From contig NMRA01000586.1 in NCBI GenBank assembly GCA_002633005.1, positions 102,536 through 165,877 on the forward strand: a stretch of DNA of 63,342 bases, written 5' to 3'. The notes below the pieces were generated by a model. That model saw only the letters and a program-made list of their open reading frames with translations. It did not search any database and was not told the origin of the DNA. Below are positions 14,500-29,200 of this stretch, one piece after another. The translations under genes and the position numbers were made by a program. The stretch's first letter is position 1. Each line of letters starts with the position of its first letter. This DNA comes from Phoronis australis. Its lineage: Eukaryota > Animalia > Phoronida.

Positions 14500-14885
14500 A
14501 AGTATGTGCCCATACTGGGCATATAGGTCCATACTCAACAAAAGGGGCATGCTCCGAATTCTAAGTGTATAGGAAAGAAGCTATGTTAGTTGCAAGCATA
14601 TAGGCGCATGTTCCTAATTTCAGGAGTACATGTATAGGCGTGTTCTTCTAACTACAAGCGTGTAGGCGCATACTCTCAATGCCAGACGCATTGCCACATG
14701 CTCTTAATTCCAAGCGTATAAGGTGCCTGCTCTCAATAGCATACACATAGGCATATTCTCCTAACACCAGGCGTATACATGCATACATGTCGGCGCATAT
14801 TCTTAATTTCAGGCGTACAAGTATAAGCTCGTGCTTCTTTATACGCATGTAGGCGCTGTTGCACATACATGCGCGCACATACGGG
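14500..14885. repeat. Degenerate ~28-35-bp minisatellite
   Basis: Recurring GCRTATAGGCGCATRYTCYYAAT(T)CCA-like units. Confidence 0.65.
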
Positions 14886-17353
14886 ACTGGTTTTTTATAC
14901 ATTCAAAGCAGTGGACTATAATTTAAGAACATAATAATCGAAACACGTTTCCCGTTTTGCTTCCTATTATCGTTCGTGAAGAAGTGCTAATGATGTGTGT
15001 AGATATATCCTTCGTTATCTTTTGGCGAGCACGCCGGCTTGCATGAATCCGGAATAACCTTAAGATAGCGTAGACTATGACCAGAAGAAACATAATTTTA
15101 CAAACTCAAAAATGACCTGGAGTTTCGCCACAGTCGAAACAAAAGGTGGCAGGCACTGTCTCAATATTATTTGGGGAACTTGAAGCCGCCATGATACACG
15201 GCTGGTCTACAGTTTACCTTGACCTCATTACAGAGGAAGGTTTCAGCAACGATTTCAAGCTGGACTACAACACAAACACAAAAGGAACTATTACCAGATG
15301 ATGAAACCCGCATTACAACTTGGCGGTCAGTTTGTGCCGACTGCTACAGTCTCAAACTTTCCCCGTACACGACTTTGGAATGGATCAGAAATAACCCAAC
15401 ACGCATGGTAGAGCTTTTGGCACATGAATGGAGAAGAGAATCGTTTACAACATTGAATTTCCTGAAATGCAATTTTTACTTACGTCGACATCTCATGAAT
15501 ATTCATGTTCCATACCTTGTATCTAATGCGAACGAATGCACACACAGACAAGTACATGAAACACATTTATTCCGATCTACCGAGAGTTATCTTAAGTATA
15601 GGTCTTTCTTGTAAGGTCTCAGTATATTATGAAGAAAAACACCCGTACATTCAAAATATAGTCTAATTTAGGAATAGGTGAATTCTAATTACTTTCAACA
15701 AATTATCTCACGTGAAATCGTTTATATTTTCTAAACTTGTGCTGAATAGAAACTCTCACTTAAAACGTACCCCTATTCAAACTTACTTCGGAAAAGACCT
15801 ATAGCAAGCCCCAAGACCTTGTGAAAAGTCGCCACGTTTTACCCGGCAGCGTGTTGTTTGTCGGGTAAAATGGCGGCTTGGAAACGAAGGTGTGTCGAGA
15901 ATGCTGTGTTCTGATTGGTCAGTTAAGCCGCCACTCAAAATCCGGGCGATAGGTCACTCAGAATTTCCGGAACAGATTCTTTTATTCAAGACAGTATTTC
16001 ATCACGCTACTTGTTAAAAATAGGAAGCCGAGTTCATTTTCTGTTTTTCCATCTTAATACACAACTTCCCCTTATACAATCTTATATATCAGAGGTCCAT
16101 GGTTTGCAGCCTAATTTGCCTGTGCTCAGAGTAGTGGTGTCGTGGTTTGAAGTTATACCAGTACTGTCAGTTTGCCTTCAGTAAATTTCTATGTAAATCA
16201 TCTAATTGTTAAAGTTAATTAAAGGCGCAAAGAGAAAAAAGGGGGGAATCGTCATAGAATTGCAATTTGATAAGCAAACGCAAAATAAACACAACTATTT
16301 TCAGTTACAGACAGGATCACAAAACCACAGGTAATTTACACGGCCTGTCAGCCTGTGTTGTGAAAACCCCTTTGTCTTTCAACGACAACGCAAAACTTCA
16401 CATGCGTTCATTCAACAAAGCAAGCGATACGATTAGTTCTTATTTTGTATGATTTAACTTTCAGATCAAATTTTACACAAAAAGAAATAATGCTGGCGTT
16501 GCATATCACAGTTATAATTACCAAATACAAATAAATTCACAGCATCATCAGTGGATTACAACATAATGGTCAATAAATACACCAACAATGCTACCCGCCC
16601 ATCTCCTAAAACATTATCGGACGTTTAGCTCTGATGGTCTGTACACTGTATATCCAATAAGGGTCTTTTCAAGTTTGCAGTTCTTCACACCTTTCTGTGC
16701 GTTTTCCCGTCAGTTGATTTAGATTGACCTCCTCTAACGATGACGGATGCTCCGATAAAAAATCAAGGGTTAAAAGTCTATTATGCATTAATGGTTTTAT
16801 GTTCCCTTCGTTTTCGCAATGAATATCGGAAAACTGTTGTATCGTTTGCCTATACAAGAACGTGTCTTTCTGAGTGTACGAGAGAACGCTGAGAAAATAA
16901 GAATGTGCAGAAACCAGTGTAGTGTTTTAAAACATCATTTGTTCAAAAGATTTTTTTCAACAAACAGACAACCGTATACTAATATGAAACCATTAGATCA
17001 ATTGTGCAACACTACCTAGCCAACAAATTGAACTGTTACCTGTTATTCCTGCTAGAACGGAACATAACCTTATCTTAGTTGTAGTCTGGGAAGTGCGCAG
17101 CCAAACCAAGTCGTGTAAAAATGGTAGGCGGGATTATATGCGCGTACCTGTACCTACGGCAAGGTACACTGTATGTGCCTGTGCAGAGGATACTCACCTG
17201 CGCTGGTAAGCGAAACACTCAAGTAAACAGTCATTAAAAGTGCATGATTTCGGACACAGATTTGAAGGCTTAAATATGCGCATGTACAGTAACTACCGAT
17301 ATATGTACCGTGTGATTTGCCCGGTTAGTTCGCGTGTGTGCGCACTTTATGGG

Positions 17354-17788
17354 CAGCCTCCTCCTCAAGCCTCAAGATGGCGCTGATCGGTTTAGCCATT
17401 TGAGGCTTGGTTATGGGAAATGAAATGTGGCCGAATTCTGTTGTTACATCAACTTTGAAATTTTCCGCAGTATTATATAACGATGCAAACTAACGGTATA
17501 ATGTAGCAATTCAGGTCTAAATCGTTGCAAAATGATGTACTTGATTCGAAAACAGTTTTATCAATAAAAAGAATTGAAAGTAAGTACGCCAACAACCTTT
17601 ATTTCAAACAATAACCAAAACAATGCTTCATGAATGGCAGCAACAACGCCTGTAAAATACCTGAACAACTCTGCCTTTGTTTTAATGACGTCAAGGCAAC
17701 TGCTAATCATTGCTCAGAAAGTAATTACCATAACCAAGCCCCAAATGGCTAAACCGGTCAGCGCCATCTTGAGGATTGGGACGAGGCC
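17354..17788. mobile_element. Long-TIR non-autonomous DNA transposon, copy A
   Basis: ~55-60-bp TIR CCTCAAGATGGCGCTGATCGGTTTAGCCATTTG...; the interior is the reverse complement of 28774-29263. Confidence 0.85.
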
Positions 17789-19869
17789 CTTTGAGGCATT
17801 TAAATGAACCGATCAGTGCCATCTTGATGTGTTGCTGTTGTAACTGTTATCGTTACTGAGGATGCAAACAGACAAATATGAAATTTTTTCTAGTGCCTGA
17901 TCCCGACCTAAAGTCCTTGTTTCCACTATGTCTCAAGACACCTGATAAATGTATAACTTATAGCTATCTAAAGGGTGTAGAAATTCAACCATGTCTCTTT
18001 GCCGTGCTACGTCCAGCGCGGGAGAGATTGTGATGCCAAACTGACTAGAAATTGCAATTTCATTATTTTCTTCTCAAAATTTCAAATTCATCACTGCCCC
18101 GGTCCCAGAGTGAAGACAAGAATTCCGATTCACTGGATTTTTTCCAAATCCTGCAGGTATCTGTGTTTGTGTTATCAGTAAAAATCACGCTCAAGGTGAG
18201 GAAGTGTTCTGAAAATGGCGGTTCTTCCAGATTTGGGTAAACAGAGCGGTGGACAAGTTTCTGGGTTTTATTTACTTAAAACAATATCACGGAAATACTG
18301 AATAACATTCGTGACCGCAATCATTTCCCATATCAATTGTTTAGAAGCTTGGTCGTCTCGAGCGGTGTCACAAATCACGAATTTGTGAGGAATGTGCTGG
18401 TCATTACTTTTGCATTTCGACGCAGCACTGAAAAAGTGGGGGCTATAGCCCCCCAACCCCCATTTGGTGTCCCCCCCCACAGACCATGGACGGCACAGCA
18501 TTGAAATAAGTGAGTGGCTCCAGCCCCATATGGTGCGCGCCCGTGGTTTATACTCGCTGTGGTTATCGCGTGTCGTGAAGGCATTTCTCAATAGGTGGAG
18601 CAGTATAGTGATGCACTGATGTACGTCTTCCATTCCGAGTCTGCGAATGTTACATGCATTTCCCAGCCAATGGGAAGTTTCGAGCGCTACTCCGATGTGT
18701 GAGATGCAATGTTACATGATATGTGTTGCCCTTGCAACATTGGAGAAAAAAAAACAACTGAATTGATACAATCCATACGTGTTGGTGTTTTGTGACTAAC
18801 TCTAGAGTCAAGATGTCAATTAAAACAACTTTTCGGCAGCCCCATTCCCGAACCATGCCTTTACAACAAACCTCCAAACTGCGGCGGCTTTCCCACTGTT
18901 GCCTACAGACATGCGTTTCGGTATCATAAGTTCCCACCGACAGTTTCCACCAGATGGCAGTCTATTTCAACAGCCAGTTTATTCCATCTTAAAATGGACG
19001 GGAGGGCAACAAAAAGTTAGAGGACTGTTGGCTATTTAATCGATTTCCCCCGGACCACACTGCAATGTTCTGAATATTAAGGACAGAAACTCAATATAAA
19101 GTGTGTACCGTCTTTAAACCGTTTAAGTCTGGTTGAATCGAAGGTTTACTACAATATTTTATTGAAAAATGCCGGGAACATGAAAGTTTTCCAAGATCCC
19201 TATCTTCAAGACTTGTTTTTCGAAACAGTGATATATCATAATATTGCTTGTATAGATGGAAAGAAAATGAAGATTTTAATAAATCTGAGTCCTAGTTTTC
19301 CAAAATGGGTCCAGCTTTTCGCTTCCGACATTCAACTCCTTCATATTTCAAGCTTACTCTTTCACAGCGCCATCTGTAGAAGGGTGGCACTGCGCATCGA
19401 TGATGCTTTTGACGTACAGAATTCCATGCGTGGGCCTCAGCGTGCATGCCCTAGTTTGGACATTTTTGCTAGAGTTCAGGGGATAAGCGTTAGAAGTATT
19501 TGCGAACCGTTCTGTTGTTTTAGTTGATTAATTGTTATCGTAAGTGGGTAAAAAAAAATTTAAGGATTACAATCGGTTTAGTTTGTCGTTGCAGAAGCCG
19601 CAAGTCACAAAAGTATTTGTCAACTTTCAGCCAATCGGAATGTTTGAAGGAATACTTTTCTACCTATCCGGATCTTGGCCGCTCTTTTAACGAACATGAA
19701 GCCAGGTTCGTCATTGTTTTCCCAGTGCTACAGCTCGATCGTATATTAGTGTAAAAGTGTTTAGTTTCCATGTAGAACATTGCGGCATTTTCCATTTCAT
19801 CATAAAAACGTTATATTATAGAAAACACTTCTTTTTAAAATCTTCAATAGTCGCAATATTCATCACCCG

Positions 19870-20189
19870 GCAAACATGCCGCAGGAGGGAAACCTTGAGT
19901 AACAATCTCCGAGTCCTGTTTTATTGCCCCTGTCGCGGAGGGTATCCAAGTATTGAAGGGAAGACCTCCGCGTCTGCGCGACCGCTCTCACATTCCGTCG
20001 AGTGGGGTCCGCGCATCACACTTTTATGAGGACAAGTGATCTTCGTTTCGCATGCAGAAGAAGCATGCGCCGCAGTACGGTGTGAGATTGCTGTATCACT
20101 GCCCAGGGGCCTCTTTCTTGACTTGTGGAGTAAATAGAAATTGAACTATAGTCTTCTCGGAAGAAAATTTCGCGTATAAAGCGATTGGA
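19870..20189 (+). promoter_or_regulatory. CpG-richer putative promoter/5'UTR of the ADAMTSL2-like gene
   Basis: Locally GC/CpG-rich stretch immediately upstream of the signal-peptide exon; TSS not determinable. Confidence 0.35.
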
Positions 20190-20264
20190 ATGAGAACTTT
20201 TATAAAGTTTTACACTGTTGGAGCCATTCTTTTGGCGGAGTTACTAAGCAACGCATTCACTCAG
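20190..20264 (+). CDS. ADAMTSL2: ADAMTSL2-like exon 1 (signal peptide MRTFIKFYTVGAILLAELLSNAFTQ)
   Basis: ATG at 20190, 25 codons with a hydrophobic core, strong donor CAG|GTGAGT at 20265; phase 0 fits exon 2. Confidence 0.72.
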
Positions 20265-23200
20265 GTGAGTTTAAAATTTTATTTTTTTTCCGAAAGCGGA
20301 AATTATTTTTCCAGGGGTTACATCAGCTGCTTGGGAGCATCACAATGAAGTGATGCTAAAAAGGATTGAAGAAAGTTATATTGTAAAAATATCTTTCAAG
20401 TGTGTCCGCAATATTTTAATGGAGCGAAATGGAGATGTAAATATATATATAAAATACCCTTTGATTTGCCGTCAATCGCCAACGTATTTCTGCAAACCCA
20501 TGTCTGTTCTTTACTTGAGTTTTAAAATCGGGCTCACGTCTACGTTTTTGCGAATTTTTAAAACCTAACTACATCGATTAATCCGCGTTTCGGTAAATTG
20601 CTGATGGAAATTGCTAAGTGCGAATCGGAATCTAAGATGTCCGAAGAAACAGCTGATAATTTTCGATTAATTGGTAAGCATGAATTGCGCCTCGTGGCAA
20701 ACCACGCCACAAACTCCCATGAAATTTGCAACCACGAATCTCCGATCTTTACATTCCCGCAATATTCACATTTCCTCTCATGTAACGGCAGTTTAATCAC
20801 CGCGGTGAAGACGAAACCGCTAACTTTTGTTAACAAGTAGTCTACAGTTGTTCTGTGAACTTTTCCTTTTAACAGAAAACTGCCAAAGAATGGAATAAAA
20901 CGCTGCAAATGCGTGAAGAGTGTGGTTGGAGTACTAAAGGTTGCCAAGATTTTCTTTAATGACTCATACACTGGTCATAGTGGGTATTAGCGGGAACCGG
21001 CCCCTCTCACTGTGTAGGCCCTCAAACAACTTTCCATGCCTTTCTACACTGACTTAGCATACTTGGTGTAGGAAACAGGGCAGGAAAATGGGGAATCTTT
21101 TCACGTTTACGCTTGAAGTAGGAATTTGTTTATCCGCTGATGACGGAACCTCACTTTTGCAGAAACTATTAAGTCTCATAATCTACCCACTATCTTAGCA
21201 CATTCCCCTTTACACGTCTGCCAACTGTATCACCATGTGGTCTGCACCACTAGACTTTTGTTTTTTCACGGCACGCACTCTTCCTCTTGGCGTGAATTGA
21301 AAACACTGAGACAACCCACGTGGTCTCTGGTTGAGCCACAGTCGCAGGTTAAACCTGAATTTGCTTCTCATTAACCGAAGAATTAGTGTTGTTCTGTGTG
21401 GCCAGTTCTGAACCTCAAGTGATAACATAGTTTAATTATATAGTCTTATAACTTTTGCTTTAATTATTATAATTATCCTCACTGCCATGCAGACTGCTAA
21501 TTTCGTCATGATGGCGTTTTTTGTAGATTATTTTTATTTCCAACGAAAATGTGCAAAAAAATTTCCTTAAAACCACAGCTTCAAAAATTGCCCCTACGTG
21601 TATTTGCCGTTGCAATTTCAATATTACGCCCATCACAGGATCCGTTTGCAACGATGCCACGCAAATATGTGAAAAGGTACGAATCAATATTCCACCGACA
21701 ACTCACTGGTACAAGCAGGTACCCTCAATAACATTGATTATTGTTTTATGTTTTTCGTGTCATTATTCTCTTTGTCTATACTGCTATTTTTATCATATAC
21801 GAAGCAGGACAAGGTAGTAAGGCATGTCTTATATTTTGCTAAAAGACAAAGTGTTGAGGGTTATTAATTATTCCTTTCACCCAAGTTACAGGAAATTCCG
21901 GTTTAATTTGTGTTTTGTTCAAAACTTTGTCAATTGAGTACGTGAGCACGCGAAGGCAGCCCGAAGTTAGGGAGGATGCATCCATCATGTTACATGTAAC
22001 TGATGCGCACGCATTTAACAGATTTCGCGGGTTTGGTATTTTCTGTATGGTTTTGAGCGCAAGTGAACCACAGAACCATTTCTGGTATAACGTTAAGCGG
22101 TCAGCTAGAAACGATCATTAAATTAATAGATGTTGCTCAGATTATGAGAAAGAAATGATTCAATACACGGCTAGCCATTATCGGGTAATGTAATTTCGTT
22201 ATTGTCCACAGTCGGTAGAAACGTGCCGAACGCCCGGGGCATGTTTGTCGAAGGGTCTTTTGGCTTTTGTATTTTAATTTCCGCCTAGAAATCAGTATAC
22301 GGATTGCTTAGTCGGTTTCACGAAAACAGATCAAGGCTGAAAGTCATAAAATTTGTCTGCAACTCTAAGGAAGAAGACAAAAATCCGGAATCTGTTCGAC
22401 TAGGCTGGAGACAAAGTCTTTTAGTTATTCGTAGTCGGGTTTCTGACATCTGGCTACTTCGACAAGTTTAAGTCTCTTCGAAAAAAGGCTTTGGTATTGA
22501 TATTGTCAAACAGTTGCTACAAAAAAAATAATTTAACTATTAAAACATTATTCGAGCACTAACTTTATTTATTCTTTATCAAGGTAATCCCCGACTGTTC
22601 GCCATTGACTCATCAAAAGGGTTATTACACCTTGGTTGGCGAGCACATATTTCAGACACTCCCATTGTCTTGAGTGCCGGCAAATGTGTGACCCCGGAAG
22701 TTCCTAAACATAACTAGCTCAATAATTTGAGATCAACATCTTCTTCTTCTCCTTCTTCTTCTTCTTTTTCTTCTTCCAGTTTTCAACAAACGATCGAAAT
22801 ACCGATCCTTATTTGTTGGCGCATGTTAGTGATAAACTGAACTGTGCATAACTGTGAAAATAGCAAAAAGAACAAAGTGCGTGTTAATGGCAGGATGAAA
22901 AAAGGTTTTTTTGTTTACTGAGTTAGATTGATGTTCGAGATGTGACTCGTGAACATCTCTATTGCTTCTAATGAGATGCCATGAAGTCTATTCCAGAGCA
23001 AAATAGTAGAAAAAGTTTGCGTAGTATGCAGTTCGAAAGTGTGTTCTCTCAAAGGTATTACATTGGGAGTCACGTGATCTAGAAATATAAAGGGGTGGAA
23101 GATATGTATGGGGGATGTCAACCAGGTTGTGTGCAGTCGTCGTGTACATGAGGGACAGTTTATGTTGAGCACGTCTTTCCTGGGCCATTTGACGAAACAG

Positions 23201-26200
23201 CTCGAGTATCTGGATTGACACTAGTCACAGTGATCGTTAGGTAACACGTGACAGGCCCGCATTCTTTCTTACAGCTACTAAAAAGCATTTCATCATTTAT
23301 TTTGTCCAGCCAACGTTTCAAGTTTCCAGAATGGACGAGTTTTGGTTATTGTTATCCGGGATCTCGTTTTCTTTTTGCTATTAAAAATTGCATCATTGAG
23401 TCGCCCGCGGACTATCTTCGTTGCATACATGCCGTACCGTTCGTTTGTACGTTGCTGGCAAGCAGGCAGACGCGTGCTTATTCCATGACGACATCTATAC
23501 AAGGAGAAAGAACCAAGTTAGAATAGAATGGAAATTAACAAAACCCTGGTACTGAGAGCCGCACACTGGTGTTCTCATATGCTCCCACCACCTCAGTGGC
23601 ATCTGTTGTCCGCCATGTGGGATTGTAAACACTGGATCAACAGTTAGCGCCTTGTGGTGTTTTCTTATCTCTTGTTTTGAAGACCCGGTGAACAAGTAGT
23701 GCACACCATCTGAACCGAGCCATTGTCAGGATGCTCTGACCTCAAATTAGGGCGAGTAAACGATGTTTACTTCGAACTAACAAATCCACTAGCAAAGCTA
23801 GCTGCTGAAAACCGTGAATCTGTAATGCACGCATGAAAGACATCTAACTGGGCCTCCTGGTCATATTAATTCGGGAGGTTTGGTTCTAGATTTTAGATAT
23901 TTGTTTGTACCCCAGATCAACAATAAAAAGACATGCGAACTATTGTGTTGTCAGCGGTTAGAAAATTACATTTCGATTACAATGCTACATTTCCGCTGCT
24001 GGTCTTCCGATTCCGGTTTTCTTAGCAAGTCTAACATAATTTTACGTCAACCAGATTGAACCGAAATAAATCGGCACCGAACAACGACCGGTCGAGCACC
24101 GTTGCCTTTGAGCGTAGTTCTTTTGAGAAGGCACTTCTTGCTCAGAAACATTACGGCTCAAGTATGAACTGACATATCACCCAGATCCAGAACATCTAGA
24201 GTAACGATTTCCGTACCAGAACTCCCATGCACGGATAACTTTAGTCCGTGCGAGGGGGGATTTTTTAGGCTACAAAAATACCCCATGTGTTCCAGATTAG
24301 TGATGTATGTTCATTTTACACTGTTCGTGTCCCAGGGGTTCCGTCGTCTCCGTATTACACATGCTGTGTGAAATCTAGGGGTTCCTAGCTGTAATGTAGA
24401 CCTCAGTCTCGGCACGTTTCTGTGCCCTGCGATTGGACGCTGTGTACTCAGTTGGAGGCGATTAACCCCGAAAACAGTGGACAGACCAATACGACGCGGT
24501 GCATGCTCAACACCCTGTGGTCGGGACAAAGCAGTCAGTTGTAGTGGGCTGTGATAACATAGCGAGCGCAGAGGCCAAGACGGGGTTAATTAGCTAGTCA
24601 TTTCAACGTCAGTTATCTCAGTTGTCTGTACAAAGCAATTCTCTAAGCCCCGTGCAACGCTATCTTTGAAAACCACAGCTATTTAAGTTCATGTTTTAGA
24701 ATCCTTCGTTTGGGTTGATTAACCACAACTAACTCGGTTTACTCCAGTTAGCAATCTCGACTTGACCTCGTAAGTAATGCTACCGTAGGGCACGTGGGAC
24801 ATGATTCCAGCTACTTCCATTAATGACGTCACGGAGGGGTGTGAATACAGTGGGTGCGGATTTACCAACCCCATGTCGGCCATATCACTTGCGGTGCTGG
24901 ATTGGGTGGGAAATATTATGCTTGTCCGTTCTAAGGCCCCTTCTGGTCAAGGCATTCCGCCGCAATCTTGACCATTATAATTGAATTTCTAATGTAATTT
25001 TTTGCTGTGAAGAAAAGGAAATTCCATAGTGATTAAGATTGCCTTTACAACTTTTCAGTATATGAAAGTCCAGGACACGACGAATGTTGTCTGATGACTT
25101 TAGTTCGTACTTGCATGCTAAACTATCTGTAAGTCGATCGCCTTCCACGACATATGTGTGGCTCACAGGACACATCACAGCAATTAACACCTAGTGACCG
25201 CAATTAACCCATTAACTCTGCGTTAATGAGAACGAGTCTATTGGCCTAGATTATGGCGGAATGTTTTCCAGTCCGAATTAATTAGCAAAACTCTACTTTT
25301 CTTTAGTAATACTTGAGATTACATTTTTGTAGAGATTGGTCCTGTTTCTTCACATGATGAATTACCCGCTGTCTGCCTAAACAGAAGAACCGTCGATTGT
25401 TGCAATTCAAACAATAACCAATAATTATACTTCGTGATTCGAGTACAAATTCTCTTTTATACACTGTAAGCATGTGCATTTGGTCAATGTGGGTCACTTT
25501 TCGACTACAACCCGCAAACGCTTTTTGACGAACGCGTTTAAGGGTCTAATAAGCGAGGGTATAGGGGACTGTTTAAGTACGCTGTAGCCGTTTATGTTTT
25601 TTCGACAGAATCTTAACGAAGCACGCCCCAAAACTTACGACTGGTCCGAAGTCTCAATTTGAAAACGGCATAAAGTTGAATTAGGGAAACTGCAACCTGA
25701 ATTGTCTCCCCTATGTCAACCATGGTTTTTCATGCCAGGTTAAAGAGACCCTGCCCCGCCGAAAGGAGTAAATTTTGTTCACTTCAGTTGGTCGTCGAAT
25801 TGAAGCGAATTGGTGATTTATCTTAATTCTTGCCTTCACGTTCACGTGTATTCCCAACGTGTTTCAATCTATCTCGTCGTAAGTGCGAAAAAAATGTGAT
25901 TTACTTCGTCGTCAGTGGTTCACAACCCCTGGATATGTATTGCGCCTGCAGTGTGAGAACCTGATAAACGATGGCACTGTGAATTCCAAAGAAAGACGGC
26001 CACGATTGCCGCAGGGTGTTACGTAATGGGCAGGCGTTACTTATCTTAGATCAAGCGGAACATCAGATTTCCTTTGCATCATTAAAAATGACTTAAATAA
26101 ATGAATCGATGCACGTGACAGCGAAACTTAATGATGGCTTCGCTAAAACCGTGCCATGTGTTCAGTATATAAACCACATTCGTACTTAGTTCATCATCAA

Positions 26201-29200
26201 CACGGCATTCTTGCGAGGGTCTCGGAGAAAAACTTAGAACTCCTTTCACTGGGACTCTTATCTTCAATCCTCCCATAATGCTCTCCTGTTTGTCATGGAT
26301 TGCTTGCCACAATCGGATTTATCCGAGTTGACGTATGTACGTTTGATTTAAGCACCCAATACTTATTGTGTAGGGTTACGGCTGTCAACATGCCCGGCAG
26401 GATTAGTAAGTTTTACACACCGACAGTTTCATTATGTGTCTAAGATAGTATTTACTCTCACTGGGTAGCGCGTTGCAATGCCGGGATATTTGACACTGTC
26501 CAAATTCAGCGTATTTGTGGCGCTTGGTTGCGAGTAATTGATTCACACTCAGCTGGAAATGGGAATACTCGGCATTAGCTTGTGATACCTTTAGAACTGG
26601 AATACGGTTGACAATTTGATGCTATTAATGGTTTTAGTTCTCAACCCTTAATGATGTTTTGGATACATTAAACGTGTAGTAGGTTAATCCGCATTCCGTC
26701 AAAAGCTAACTATTGACTTAGATTAGTTAACTGTTTTTACCCGTCCGGCTCAGATTAGGACCCCTGTCACTCTAAACGAGTTCTCATAACATCTGGTTCC
26801 GCCCTTACGTAGTGATTAGACGGGCCGTGACGGGCGGACGGACACGGCTAGGCAACTTGGCCAAAAAGGAGTCTGGGAATGCGACACCGTCAGCGGGGTT
26901 TACTCTGCACAGGGCGTGGTGGTCCAGTCGATCTTTTTTCTCGTTTCCAAGACGGCGTGTATGTGCTAGAAGTTGAGACTCGTCGCAGCAAAATCGTTCT
27001 CAGATTATCCGAGTCTGTCCTGAAATATGGTTGAAAGAAGAAGGGCGCATGCCTTTGGCCAAAACTAAACTCGGGACACCGTTCAAAGTGTAAAGTGTCC
27101 TACATTTATTCGGTTGGCTCTCAGTTTTAGCAGACTCGAGAACATAATGAGAACACGATATTCAGAATTAAGTCTCTTGGTTGATATATTAAGTCGACCT
27201 GGCCAGGGCCTGCCCGGTGATCTCGTTTGAACTGAATGACAGTAGATAAAACAAATCCGCAATTGTCTATAGCACATGTAAACCACCATTGCTGGAGCAC
27301 ATTTCGGGCATGTACATGTATCTTGCACTGCTCTCCCTATGCGGGTTAGATAGGACTTCAGACTTAATGTAAATTCAGCGACGATTTTGTTATTTTTGTG
27401 AGTCTGTAACTGATTCCGACAAACTTGCGTGATGTATGTAATATATGCCGCGTGCTATAATTTATAGTCCGAGCATACGTTATTTCTCCTGCTAGCGGAC
27501 CATAGTTTGCTTTTTCATCAATAAAAATGATAGCTTCTTGTTCAGCCATTATAAAAACTTCTCTCGTTTCCTGTCATCTCGCACCGAGTGGTTGCTAGGA
27601 TCACTGATTACCTGGGGCTTATCTTTCGCGGTGTTCCATTTTTTGACTATTTCTCCGGCGGCGTCGCCTCCCATACGCTCGAAAGTTTTGCTATGAATGA
27701 AAAAGATATCTTTACCTTAAAGGTCCCTCACACGACAACGAAAATTTACGAATTGCAAAAAAACTTCATACGCTCTTATCTCTGTCATGACCCCAAGGTA
27801 TGCTGGGTGGAGGGAACTACCAATAACAACGAATTCAAAGCAACAATAAAAAATTCCCTTTCGTCCACTAACTTCGTCATACTATGACGTCATACTATGG
27901 TATTGTATGGCGCGCCTTGCGTCATGAACGAGTTAACCGTATAGTGAAACAACGCTTTAGTGAATGCTGGGAGAAGTAACACTCGTGCGACAGAATAGAA
28001 AGAATTCTGTGGTCGCCAAAACAAACCTTGGTATATTTATTTAATATTCTCAATAACTATGTTATTAAACTTACTAGGAAGCATTTCTGTTATGCCCTTA
28101 TATTCTAGCTGCCCCTCCAGCACATTTGGGGTCCGTGGGGTCGACCCTCACCCTGCAGCCGGACATGCGGAAGGGGCGTTTCACAGACGACAAGGTCGTG
28201 CTACAGGCGAATGTAAGTACAACTTGACCAGGTTGTCATGAAGTACCGTTGCTCTGAACTCTTTGTTTTTACACGAAATGAGCCTAGTAATTTGTTGCTC
28301 ATGAATTTTTTGGGATAACTAGAAATCAATCTATACTAAGTCATTGTTCATTCCGTAATATGTGTCAACCTTCTTTTAGGAACAGTGGGCTGTACGAAGT
28401 GTCCCCGCGGTTCTGTGGTGCAGAATTTATAAGTTATTCCATTTGTAACCATGAGGTAAGGCTTGAAATGTGTCAATAAAACTTTGGTGACAGTTAGCGA
28501 CCAGTGATGTTTGTTGTCGTCATCGAGTTCTTTAGTACCCGCCCTCGCTTTCCTCCCTAAACGCGTCTGTGCTAAGAGAAACAGAACATAAGGCTAGTCA
28601 CGTAGGTTCGTCATGTTGAATTTTGAACTGTAGCTTAATCTTGTGGGGATGTTTACCTTAATTCTGACAACACTCGGGTCAGAGAGTTCAGTAACGCTAA
28701 GACCTACGCTAAAAGCAAGACTCCGCGAGATTACGTGAGATATCGCCGTGTCGTGATTTTGGCTAGATTTTTCCAGCCTCAATCGGTCCCAAGTCTCAAG
28801 ATCGCGCTGATCAGTTTAGCCATTTGAGGCTTGATTATGGGAAATACCTTCTGCGCAATGATTGGCCGCTGCCTTGACGTCATTAAAACAAAGGCAGATT
28901 TTAATTATTTTCACAGGCATTGTTGCTGCCATTTATGAAGAAGAAGGCATCGTTTTGGTTATTGTTTGAAATAAAGGATGTTGGCGTGCTTATTTTCATT
29001 TTTTTATTAGTAGTATCATAGAAATTAATTTGTTTTCGAATCAAAATGCATAATTTTTGCAATAATTTAGACCTAAATTGCTGCAATATACCGTTAGTTT
29101 TCATTTTTATATTATACTCTAGAAAATTTCAAATTTGATGTAATTTCACATTACTCGTGGTGTTCCGCCGATTTCGGTAAAAATGTGTCAGATTTCTGAC

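Noticed and set aside
14500-14885. CRISPR-like array
   Set aside because: Units are degenerate and contiguous, with no unique spacers and no cas genes; the context is eukaryotic
15219-15614. 131-aa ORF with LLPDDETRITT faintly like hAT 'D-x-x-TRW'
   Set aside because: Key Trp and other conserved blocks are absent; too weak
20026-20085. 19-aa upstream ORF (MRTSDLRF...)
   Set aside because: TSS unknown, so it cannot be shown to be transcribed
20171-20180. TATAAA as a TATA box
   Set aside because: Only ~15 bp before the ATG, too close to define a TSS upstream of the start codon
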